Source: Bacteroidota bacterium
GTDB taxonomy: Bacteria > Bacteroidota > Bacteroidia > AKYH767-A > OLB10
Assembly: GCA_018268195.1 (NCBI GenBank)
Contig: JAFDWZ010000039.1
Span: 6,859 to 70,858, forward strand
Direction of reading: 5' to 3'
DNA: 64,000 nucleotides
Shown here: positions 55,771 through 64,000 of the stretch, one piece after another
Position numbering within the stretch: position 1 is the stretch's first letter
Layout: each line of letters starts with the position of its first letter
The notes under the pieces: model-generated
What the model was told of the DNA's origin: nothing
Database searches by the model: none
The model's input: the letters and a program-made list of their open reading frames with translations, nothing else
Program-made: the position numbers and the translations under genes

Positions 55771-57453
55771 ATGAGTCGCACCAAACGGATATTCCGTTTT
55801 CTTTTCAAATTTATTTTATGGACAGGAGTTATATTAATCGTTTTATTCCTGTTTTTCCTGTGGAGAATACAGGTCCCTACACCTAAGGTGAATAGCACCC
55901 TGCAACCTTCCGATTTGAAACGAATAAAAGTTGCAACCGACAGTTATCAGGTAGGTAAAAACTGGTTGCGAAAAAACAAAGAAGGTATTTGGGAAATGTA
56001 TATCGAAGGAAGCGACTACGAACGAGGCGTGGTATATGGTGTATTGGCAAAAGAGCTAATGGAAGAACAGGAAGATTATTTTATTGCACAGATCAATGAA
56101 ATCATCCCTCACAAAGTATATCTGCAATTTATTAAAATGTTTGTGGCATGGTTTAATAAAGATATTTACAAATATGTACCCGCAGAAAATCTTCGTGAGA
56201 TATATGGCGTGTCGCGTTCCTTTTCGGATAAGTATGATTATATCGGTCCTAAATATTACCGGATTCTCAACTATCATGCTGCGCATGATATTGGCCATGC
56301 ACTTACCGATTTTCAGCTTGTAGGCTGTACATCATTTGCAGTAAATAAATCATTATCGGCAGACAGCACCTTACTCATAGGTCGGAATTTCGACTTCTAC
56401 ATGGGTGATGATTTTGCAAAAAATAAACTGCTGCTCTTTGTAAAACCCGACAGCGGATACGCCTTTGCCTCCTATTCCTGGGCAGGTTTTACGGGAGTTG
56501 TTTCAGGTATGAATGAAAAAGGACTGACCGTAACCATCAATGCAGCTAAATCAGATATTCCGTTTGCTGCCAAAGACCCGATATCGCTGCTTGCAAGAGA
56601 AATTTTACAGTATTCCAAAAACATTGATGAAGCAACAACCATAGCACGTAAACGAGAGACCTTTGTTTCCGAAACGTTACTTATCGGTTCTGCTGAAGAT
56701 AATAAAGCAGCTTTAATAGAAAAATCTCCAAACAAATTGGATATATTTTATTCACCCGACAATCTGCTCATCTGCTCCAATCATTATCAGGGTGATGTTC
56801 TTAAAAATGATGACGAAAACGTTTCCAATATTGCCAATAGCGACAGCAAGTTCAGATATGACAGAATGAAGCAACTGCTTGATGAACACATTCCGCTGAA
56901 TGCGGATAAAGCCGCTGACGTTCTCCGAAATAAAGAAGGTCTTGACGGAAAAAGTATCGGCTATGGCAATCCTAAAGCGATTGACCAGTTATTGGCTCAT
57001 CACAGTGTAATATTCAAACCTGCCGGGCTGGACATGTGGGTATCCACCATGCCCTATCAGGATGGAGAATACGTACATTATAATCTGCGCAAAGTTCTTT
57101 CAGGAGTTTACCAGAGTGCTGACAGCCTTGATATACCGGCTGACGCATTTACGCAGTCAGAAGAATTGAAAAAGTTTGAAGCATTTAAAATTACTAAGCA
57201 AAAAATTTACAGACATAATACTTTTGGGCAACCCTTAGATCTTACTGCTGAAGAAATCAAAACCTATATTTCAAACAATCCGAATAGCTTTGTGGCTTAT
57301 ATGAGCATCGGAGAATACTATCGAAGTAAAAAGCAGTACGACAAAGCTATTTTCTGGCTTGAAGAGTCGCTCAAGCACGAAGTAGCTTCAAAAGCAGAAG
57401 AACTTAAAATTAAAAAGATTATAGAAGAATGTCAGAACAAACTGAAAAACTAA
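55771..57453 (+). CDS. membrane-anchored C45-family (acyl-CoA:6-aminopenicillanic acid acyltransferase-like) N-terminal-nucleophile hydrolase/acyltransferase with C-terminal TPR
   Basis: Start moved to 55771 because the track start lies inside the terminator hairpin. N-terminal TM FRFLFKFILWTGVILIVLFLFFLW; putative autoprocessing site LVG-CTSFAV (Cys codon 56326-56328); GRNFDFY; SWAGFTGVVSGMNEKGLTVTIN. The C-terminal TPR-like segment is AYMSIGEYYRSKKQYDKAIFWLEESL. Confidence 0.65.
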   Translation: MSRTKRIFRFLFKFILWTGVILIVLFLFFLWRIQVPTPKVNSTLQPSDLKRIKVATDSYQVGKNWLRKNKEGIWEMYIEGSDYERGVVYGVLAKELMEEQEDYFIAQINEIIPHKVYLQFIKMFVAWFNKDIYKYVPAENLREIYGVSRSFSDKYDYIGPKYYRILNYHAAHDIGHALTDFQLVGCTSFAVNKSLSADSTLLIGRNFDFYMGDDFAKNKLLLFVKPDSGYAFASYSWAGFTGVVSGMNEKGLTVTINAAKSDIPFAAKDPISLLAREILQYSKNIDEATTIARKRETFVSETLLIGSAEDNKAALIEKSPNKLDIFYSPDNLLICSNHYQGDVLKNDDENVSNIANSDSKFRYDRMKQLLDEHIPLNADKAADVLRNKEGLDGKSIGYGNPKAIDQLLAHHSVIFKPAGLDMWVSTMPYQDGEYVHYNLRKVLSGVYQSADSLDIPADAFTQSEELKKFEAFKITKQKIYRHNTFGQPLDLTAEEIKTYISNNPNSFVAYMSIGEYYRSKKQYDKAIFWLEESLKHEVASKAEELKIKKIIEECQNKLKN

Positions 57454-58736
57454 ATAATCTCGGAGCAATAGAATTTGCTGATGTTGAAATCATCCGGCAG
57501 ATGCAAGCACATAAACTTTCAGTAATGCTTGAATACCTGCAACTGCATTCGCCTTATTACAAAACTCTTTTTGCCGACCAAAAAATTGACATTAAAAAAA
57601 TAACTCTTGACAACCTTAAAGACCTTCCCTTCACTACCAAGGACGATCTGGCAAAATATAATGATCAGTTTTTATGTGTGGATAAATTTCAGGTTGCGGA
57701 CTACATCACTACTTCAGGAACAACAAGTGACCCAGTGACTTTTTATCTTACAGCAAAAGATCTTGACAGAATAGCATATAACGAAGCCATATCATTACAA
57801 TGTGCCGATAGCAGTAGTCGTGATATTTTTCAGATTATGATTACCATTGACAAATTATTTATGGCAGGAATGGCTTATTTTTTAGGCATACAGAAATTAA
57901 ATGCTGCAGCCATTCGTGTGGGGCCCGGTACTCCTAATGCGCAATGGGAGTATATCAATCGTTTCAAACCAACAACACTCATAGCCATACCTTCGTTTAT
58001 TCCTAAACTTATTGAATACGCACAGGAATATCACATTGATTATAAAAATACTTCCATTAAAAAAATTGTTTGCCTTGGCGAGCCTGTTCGTCAGTCTGAT
58101 TTTACTTATAATGAGTTAGGCAAACGTATCACTTCACAATGGAATGTAAAGCTATATTCAACCTATGCATCTACAGAAATGAGTGCAGCTTTTACTGAAT
58201 GTGGTCATGGCAACGGAGGTCATTCTCATCCTGAATTGTTGATTCTTGAAGTGGTAGATGAAAATGGAAACATGGTGAAAAATGGCGAATCAGGAGAGGT
58301 GGTGGTAACAACTCTTGGAGTTGAAGGAATGCCTTTACTCCGTTATCGCACAGGCGACTTGTGTCAGGTCTATTATGAAAAATGTTCGTGTGGACGAAAT
58401 ACCACACGACTTGGCCCCGTGATGGGACGTAAGCAACAGATGATAAAATATAAAGGCACTACCCTGTTTCCGCAAAGTATATTTAATGTACTGGATATGC
58501 TGCCGCAGATAAAAATATATCAAGTAGAAATAAAACGGGATGAATTTAATAACGATAAGGTAACCGTTTATCTGAGTAATCAAAATGAGTCTGCACATTT
58601 TACGCAGGAGCTCACTTCGCTGTTCAAATCTAAAATACGAGTAACCCCCTATCTTGAGTATATTTCTGAAACAGACCTTATAAATCGTGTTCATAAATCC
58701 GACAGACGTAAAACAGAAAAAATTATTTATCTTTGA
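57429..58736 (+). CDS. phenylacetate-CoA ligase family (PaaK / F390 synthetase-like) adenylate-forming enzyme
   Basis: 435 aa with motifs TTSGTTSDP, YASTEM and LRYRTGD. The size and N-terminal helical domain fit the PaaK subfamily. It overlaps the C45 gene by 25 nt. Confidence 0.8.
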   Translation: MSEQTEKLNNLGAIEFADVEIIRQMQAHKLSVMLEYLQLHSPYYKTLFADQKIDIKKITLDNLKDLPFTTKDDLAKYNDQFLCVDKFQVADYITTSGTTSDPVTFYLTAKDLDRIAYNEAISLQCADSSSRDIFQIMITIDKLFMAGMAYFLGIQKLNAAAIRVGPGTPNAQWEYINRFKPTTLIAIPSFIPKLIEYAQEYHIDYKNTSIKKIVCLGEPVRQSDFTYNELGKRITSQWNVKLYSTYASTEMSAAFTECGHGNGGHSHPELLILEVVDENGNMVKNGESGEVVVTTLGVEGMPLLRYRTGDLCQVYYEKCSCGRNTTRLGPVMGRKQQMIKYKGTTLFPQSIFNVLDMLPQIKIYQVEIKRDEFNNDKVTVYLSNQNESAHFTQELTSLFKSKIRVTPYLEYISETDLINRVHKSDRRKTEKIIYL

Positions 58737-58755
58737 AAATAAATTTAATAAAAAA

Positions 58756-59388
58756 ATGAAAAAAACAATCTTACTTTTAACCGCAATCTTTGCTGTAAGC
58801 ATTGTGAATGCTCAGCATACAATGAAAGACCTTTTTGATAATAAGGTAAAACTGATATTTATGGGATTCGATTTAACGCAGGCACATTTTATCGGCACCG
58901 ATGGGTTTACCGACCCTGCTGCTATCAAAGACCGTTTTTTATCAGCATGGAACAGCACCTTAGTTGGAGAATATGAAAAATTCAGCTTACAAAAAAGCTT
59001 TAAGCTGACAAACGATAAATATGAAACCAATGTTGACAACAACCAGGAAATCAACAGTAAAATTAATGTACATGAACGTATATCCAACAGTCCATATTCC
59101 ATCACTGAAGATGATGTAAAAAAATCTGTGTCGCATTATCGTTCAAAAGAAAAAGATGCCATAGGTCTTTCTTACGTGGTTGAAAGTTTTAATAAAACAC
59201 AGGAGAAAGCCATTATATGGGTAACCTTTGTTGACCTCTCCAACAACCAAGTGTTATACACTGAAAAAATGGAAGCAAAAGCCGGAGGTTTCGGGTTGAA
59301 AAATTACTGGCTGGCCACAGCAACAAAAATTAAGAAAGACATTGAGTCTTCCAAGTACAAACAATGGAAGAAAAAATTTAATTCGTAA
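58756..59388 (+). CDS. secreted protein of unknown function
   Basis: Start moved to the ATG at 58756 (MKKTILLLTAIFAVSIVNAQ signal peptide). 210 aa with no recognisable motif. Lies 20 nt after the PaaK-like stop. Confidence 0.5.
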   Translation: MKKTILLLTAIFAVSIVNAQHTMKDLFDNKVKLIFMGFDLTQAHFIGTDGFTDPAAIKDRFLSAWNSTLVGEYEKFSLQKSFKLTNDKYETNVDNNQEINSKINVHERISNSPYSITEDDVKKSVSHYRSKEKDAIGLSYVVESFNKTQEKAIIWVTFVDLSNNQVLYTEKMEAKAGGFGLKNYWLATATKIKKDIESSKYKQWKKKFNS

Positions 59389-59398
59389 AACAAAAAAA

Positions 59399-59425
59399 GG
59401 GGCGACAAATGTCGCCCCTTTTTTT
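59399..59425 (+). terminator. strong intrinsic (bidirectional-looking) terminator
   Basis: GGGGCGAC-AAAT-GTCGCCCC flanked by AAAAAAA upstream and TTTTTTT downstream. Confidence 0.85.
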
Positions 59426-59544
59426 ACACTTTAAATCCGGAAGAATAAATCCCTTGTACCGCTCTTAAAGTTCATGTAATTTCCCACTCGTTGAGTCAAA
59501 AAATCCTTTTCTTTGCAACCTTAATACAACATACCGTTAACTGA

Positions 59545-60633
59545 ATGGAAATGGAACAAAAAACTGAGGAGAATAAAAGAGAACTTTCTGCCTTTGAAGC
59601 AAAAAACGAAGCACAGAAATTGGCCTTTGCACCGGTAGTGTTTCAGGTAGTTGTAGCAATGCAACGTCTTGGTATATTGCCTTTGATTTGTAAACACAGG
59701 AAAGGAATTACCATTGACGAAATAAGCCGTCAAGCAAATGTGAGTAATTATGGTGTGAAGGTATTGCTGGAAATGGCTGCCAATGCTGACATTGTGAAAT
59801 ATCTGAATGATGATACGGTGACAGTAACCATGCTTGGTTATTTTCTTAACTCTGATGAAATGACTCGTGTAAATATCAATTTCACTCACGATGTTTGTTA
59901 TGACGGTTTCAAGTATCTAACTGAATCTATTAAAAACAGTAAGCCTGAAGGCTTGAAAACTTTAGGCAACTGGGAAACCATTTATCCTGCATTAGGGATT
60001 TTACCTGAGCACATAAAAAAATCATGGTTTGAGTTTGATCATTTTTACAGCGATGATGCATTTCGTGATGCATTGAAAATAGTATTCGATGAAAAGCCGG
60101 GAATGATTTTCGATATTGGCGGAAATACCGGAAAATGGGCATTTGCTTCATGTGATTATAACCCGGATGTAAAAGTTACCATTCTTGATTTACCTTCACA
60201 AATAGCGGTGGCCAAAGCTAATGCTGAAAAGAGAAATTTGCTAAACCGTATTTCTTTCTTCGAAATAAACTTGTTGGATAAAACGCAAAAAATTCCACAT
60301 GGTGCTGATGTTGTGTGGATGAGTCAGTTCCTGGATTGCTTTGGGGAAAATGAGATTGTAGCCATTCTCGAAAATGTAAGACAGGCTGCAGCACCTCACA
60401 CTACCATATTTATTCTCGAACCATTTATTGACAATCAAAAATTTGATGCTGCCGCGTATTGCCTCACTGCCACATCACTTTATTTTACTGCTCTGGCAAA
60501 CGGAAACAGTAAAATGTACAGTAAAAAAGATATGACAAGGCTGATAGAAAAAGCTGGATGGAAAGTAGCGGATGAGTTTCCTTTGATTGGAGAAAGTTTT
60601 CACACCATACTTAAATGTAGGTTGGCAGAATAA
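59545..60633 (+). CDS. class I SAM-dependent O-methyltransferase (family 2, with N-terminal winged-helix dimerisation domain)
   Basis: 362 aa with SAM motif I (MIFDIGGNTGKW), an acidic loop (ILDLP) and WMSQFLDCF. The N-terminal ~100 aa are wHTH-like (ITIDEISRQANVSNYGVKVLLEMAA). Confidence 0.75.
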   Translation: MEMEQKTEENKRELSAFEAKNEAQKLAFAPVVFQVVVAMQRLGILPLICKHRKGITIDEISRQANVSNYGVKVLLEMAANADIVKYLNDDTVTVTMLGYFLNSDEMTRVNINFTHDVCYDGFKYLTESIKNSKPEGLKTLGNWETIYPALGILPEHIKKSWFEFDHFYSDDAFRDALKIVFDEKPGMIFDIGGNTGKWAFASCDYNPDVKVTILDLPSQIAVAKANAEKRNLLNRISFFEINLLDKTQKIPHGADVVWMSQFLDCFGENEIVAILENVRQAAAPHTTIFILEPFIDNQKFDAAAYCLTATSLYFTALANGNSKMYSKKDMTRLIEKAGWKVADEFPLIGESFHTILKCRLAE

Positions 60634-60645
60634 AAATTCTGACCA

Positions 60646-61788
60646 TTAAACTTCCGATTTTACCGCCTGAATTATTTTGCTGTAATACGCTTCGTATAGA
60701 GGTAGAATTCTATTGATATCAAAATCAGATGCACGTTTCAATGCATTCTGTTTAAACTGATTTAATACTGTATCGCTTTGCAGAATTTTCAATGCATTGG
60801 CAGCCATATCATCCACATCACCAACCTTACTCAAGTAACCTGTAACACCGTGAATGTTTAACTCAGGCATACCTCCTGCATCCGTTGAAATTACAGGTAC
60901 CTGACAGGCCATAGCTTCCAGTGCTGCTAATCCAAAACTCTCTGATGCACTTGGCATAATAAACAAATCACATACTGAAAGTATTTCTTCAATGGCATCC
61001 TGTTTTCCAAGGAAACGCACGTCTTCACACAAGTTTAAATCTCTGCACAGTTTTTCTATAGCCACACGTTCATCACCATCACCTATCATCAGCAATTTTG
61101 AGGGAATTACTTTATTCACTTTTTCAAAAACATGAATCACATCTTCCACCCGTTTTACTTTTCTGAAATTGGAAGTATGCACCAGTAATCTTTCACCTCC
61201 GGGAACAATGGCTCTTTTAAAATGATCTTTAGGCTTTTTTGAAAAACGTTTCAGGTCAATGAAATTATAAATCACTTCAATGTCTTTGTTGATGTGAAAA
61301 TTTGCATACGTATCGTTTTTCAGGCTTTGAGATACAGCTGTAACACCATCACTCTGATTGATGGCAAACGTAACTACAGGCTCATAACTGCTGTCGCGTC
61401 CTACCAGAGTAATATCCGTACCATGCAATGTTGTTACCACAGGAATATAAATTCCCTTAGAGATCAGAATTTGTTTGGCAAGGTAAGCAACTGATGCATG
61501 AGGTATGGCATAATGAACATGTAATACATCCAGACCTTCATGCATGGCCACATCCACAAGCATACTTGTAAGTGCGGACTCATAAGGGGCATATTCAAAC
61601 AAGGGATAGTTGCTGATTTTCACTTCGTGATATGAAATATTTTCAGAAAAAATATCCAATCGCACCGGTTGGCTGTAGGTTATAAAATGAATACGGTGAC
61701 CTTTGGCCGCTAATGCCTTTCCGAGTTCAGTTGCGACTACACCGCTACCGCCAAATGTAGGGTAACAAACAATTCCTATTTTCATCAT
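60646..61788 (-). CDS. bshA: N-acetyl-alpha-D-glucosaminyl L-malate synthase (bacillithiol glycosyltransferase BshA-like, GT4)
   Basis: 380 aa. MKIGIVCYPTFGGSGVVATELGKALAAKGH and HYAIPHA are BshA-typical, and the GT4 E-x7-E region is SESFGLAALEAMACQVPVI. Confidence 0.8.
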   Translation of the reverse strand: MMKIGIVCYPTFGGSGVVATELGKALAAKGHRIHFITYSQPVRLDIFSENISYHEVKISNYPLFEYAPYESALTSMLVDVAMHEGLDVLHVHYAIPHASVAYLAKQILISKGIYIPVVTTLHGTDITLVGRDSSYEPVVTFAINQSDGVTAVSQSLKNDTYANFHINKDIEVIYNFIDLKRFSKKPKDHFKRAIVPGGERLLVHTSNFRKVKRVEDVIHVFEKVNKVIPSKLLMIGDGDERVAIEKLCRDLNLCEDVRFLGKQDAIEEILSVCDLFIMPSASESFGLAALEAMACQVPVISTDAGGMPELNIHGVTGYLSKVGDVDDMAANALKILQSDTVLNQFKQNALKRASDFDINRILPLYEAYYSKIIQAVKSEV

Positions 61789-61853
61789 TTCATAAACATT
61801 ATGCTGATGAACAAAGGTAGTATTCTAAAGTTTTATAAAAATGCTATTGTCTG

Positions 61854-64000
61854 TTATTTTTTGTCTTTCGGCTGAAGGCAGTCATAAAACACCTGAGCTA
61901 TATTCGTTCTAACGTTCAGATGATTTAACTTCACGTTAGACTCAGAAGGATATATTCTGTTGGAGAGAAAAACATATACCAATTTATTTTCAGGGTCGGC
62001 CCAAGTGCACGTACCTGTGAAACCCTGATGACCAAAAGCCTTAGCAGAAGCGCTTTTACATGCAGGACTTGCCTTACTTGCATCGGTTTCCGGTTTATCA
62101 AAAATCAACCCTCTTCTTACCCCGCTTAAAGGTGCAGATGTAAACAGTGCAATGGTTTCCGGTTTCAGATATTGTTTTCCTCCATAACTTCCGCCATTGA
62201 GAAGCATCTGCATGAGTATGCCAGTGTTCTGTGCATTGGCAAACACGCCTGCATTTCCGGCCACACCTCCCATAACAGCGGCTGCCGGGTCATGCACATA
62301 ACCTTGTACGAGAGTATGTCTGAACGAAGTATCGTTTTCTGTAGGAACAATTTCACTCTTGTCGTATTTAGCAAGCGGATTAAAAAGCATGTGCGTAAGG
62401 TTAAGAGGTTTATAAAATTCTGCCTCTACTAAAACATCAATTTTTTTTGATGCCTGCCTTTCAATTATTTTTTGCAACAACAACATACCAATGTCAGAAT
62501 ACACATATTGTCCTCTTTCCGACATCGGTGATTTTTTTATCATGTCATCTATCTTACTCTGAAATTTAGCATTGGTATAAAGGCTGTCGCTTACTTTTAT
62601 AAAATATCCATCCTTTTCTGTCTTCGAAAAATATGTTTTCATCAGCTTGCCATCGCGTCCAATGGCTGCCTTATAAAAAGGAGTCCATGCCTGCAGACCT
62701 GCCGTGTGAGTCATCAGTTGTTCAATGGTAATATCTCCTTTATCTGATCGCTCAAATTCCGGAAGGTAATAACCTACCGTTTGTTTAAGGTCGAGCAACT
62801 TATGCTCATATAACCACATGGCTGCAAGAGCAGTCGAAGTAATTTTCGTTACGGATGCAATATCGTAAAGCATATCGTTACTAACGGGGACGGTATTGTC
62901 GTAGGTAGTGTAACCAAATGATTTATTGTAAATCACTTTCCCGTTTACAGAAGCGTAAACCTGACAACCGGGTATAGCTTTTTTCTGTATGGCATTCTTC
63001 ACAATGGAGTCCACTTTACTCAGGCAATTCTCATCAATATCCAATTCAGCAGGCAAGGTGTATTTTACAATATCGTTTGCCGACAGGAGTGATATTCCGT
63101 CTCCTCGAATATATTTTTCGCTTACCGTTACCGGAAGATGCCCTCTCATACTCACGGCTCCAAACAATGCCTGTGCTGTGATGTACTGCGGCAAGTAGGT
63201 ATCTTCATAAGCAATTATCAACCCCTTCACAGCTTCAGGAATTTCAAGTTTTGACAAACAATACGAATTACCAAATAACACAACTATCACTTTTGTGCGT
63301 GCAGAAAGCTTACTGATGAACATGTTCATACTTTCAGTAATACCAAAATTTGATAGCGGCTTAGTGGTGGTGTTGTGAATACTTACAACCACCTCTGTAA
63401 ATTCGGATAACACGGAAACTAAACTGTCAATCACAGAAGATGGTACATCTTTAAGCATGCCCATTGTTGTTACCGGAGCAAAAAGATTTAATGTGTTCTG
63501 AAAAGTATTATTCAGCGAATCGTTTATTTCAACAGTTGCTATTTTTGTTCCTGAAGTATTAAGTAATGGAAGAACCTGCTCCTTGTTGGTCAATAAGGTT
63601 AGTGACCCTTCATACAAACGATAATTAAGAAATGAAGCATCAGCAGGATTGAGGTCGTAATAAATATTTGTTGTGTCTATTGGCTCGTATTTATTCAATC
63701 CGGCCCAATGTTTGGCCATGAGGATTTTCCTTACACGTTCATCCAGTTTGTTTTTTCGAAATTTACGTTTCTGAACGGCTGTTTTAATTTTTTCAAATGC
63801 CTGAGGCACATTTTCCGACATCAGCAAAATATCATTACCTGCCATCAAAGCTTTTAACTCCATATCTCCGGGTTTAGATCCCTCAACAATGGCTCCTTTC
63901 ATGTTCAAAGCATCAGAAATAATTAAACCGTTAAAGTCTAACTCTTTTTCGAGATACGTTTTAATAATTTTAGCTGAAAGAGAAGCGGGATTATTATCAT
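61854..64000 (-). CDS. GH3 (NagZ-like) N-terminal domain fused to a serine beta-lactamase/transpeptidase-like domain (5' end outside the window)
   Basis: The frame stays open upstream of the track ATG to the window edge (DNNPASLSAKIIKTYLEKELDFNGLIISDALNMKGA, a GH3 motif). The C-terminal half has the S-x-x-K motif DIASVTKITS and GHQGFTG. Confidence 0.8.
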   Translation of the reverse strand, partial: DNNPASLSAKIIKTYLEKELDFNGLIISDALNMKGAIVEGSKPGDMELKALMAGNDILLMSENVPQAFEKIKTAVQKRKFRKNKLDERVRKILMAKHWAGLNKYEPIDTTNIYYDLNPADASFLNYRLYEGSLTLLTNKEQVLPLLNTSGTKIATVEINDSLNNTFQNTLNLFAPVTTMGMLKDVPSSVIDSLVSVLSEFTEVVVSIHNTTTKPLSNFGITESMNMFISKLSARTKVIVVLFGNSYCLSKLEIPEAVKGLIIAYEDTYLPQYITAQALFGAVSMRGHLPVTVSEKYIRGDGISLLSANDIVKYTLPAELDIDENCLSKVDSIVKNAIQKKAIPGCQVYASVNGKVIYNKSFGYTTYDNTVPVSNDMLYDIASVTKITSTALAAMWLYEHKLLDLKQTVGYYLPEFERSDKGDITIEQLMTHTAGLQAWTPFYKAAIGRDGKLMKTYFSKTEKDGYFIKVSDSLYTNAKFQSKIDDMIKKSPMSERGQYVYSDIGMLLLQKIIERQASKKIDVLVEAEFYKPLNLTHMLFNPLAKYDKSEIVPTENDTSFRHTLVQGYVHDPAAAVMGGVAGNAGVFANAQNTGILMQMLLNGGSYGGKQYLKPETIALFTSAPLSGVRRGLIFDKPETDASKASPACKSASAKAFGHQGFTGTCTWADPENKLVYVFLSNRIYPSESNVKLNHLNVRTNIAQVFYDCLQPKDKK

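Noticed and set aside
1-64000. Search for CRISPR arrays, transposases/integrases, prophage genes, toxin-antitoxin pairs or defence-island genes
   Set aside because: I saw no regularly spaced direct repeats. No ORF carries nuclease, helicase, reverse-transcriptase, TIR, Sir2, recombinase or DDE motifs. Both tRNAs lack adjacent integrase genes or flanking direct repeats. The window reads as core chromosome.

Overview
The window reads as densely packed chromosomal core from a Bacteroidota-type genome. Evidence for the phylum: three proteins with T9SS C-terminal sorting domains, GldA-like and PorT-like genes, recurrent TAnnTTTG -7 promoter boxes, and almost no Shine-Dalgarno signals. It is AT-rich by eye; GC was not computed. 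I can support about 62 protein-coding genes, 2 tRNAs (Leu-CAA, Pro-GGG), about a dozen intrinsic terminators and several -7 boxes. Most genes are housekeeping: pyrC, purM-like, purB, prs, rplY, pth, pyrH, deoC, coaE, yajC, tyrS, ribE, pdxA, pepA, ubiE, scpB, hppA. I found no rRNA, CRISPR array, transposase, integrase, phage gene or recognisable defence gene (nuclease/helicase/RT/TIR/Sir2-type), so I cannot claim a clear new system. The best novelty candidates are: (1) a membrane pyrophosphatase with an in-frame C-terminal YceI-like domain; (2) a terminator-bounded three-gene unit pairing a membrane-anchored C45 N-terminal-nucleophile acyltransferase-like protein with a PaaK-like adenylating enzyme and a secreted unknown protein; (3) two adjacent double-USP paralogs behind a perfect palindrome placed like a class I activator site; (4) about 440 bp of unexplained ORF-free DNA with a long hairpin; (5) several unusual operon couplings, such as a T9SS esterase with a cytosolic thioesterase, a surface adhesin with ribE, and hldE-ubiE-porT. 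All protein calls rest on motif and family recognition by eye; no database search was run.
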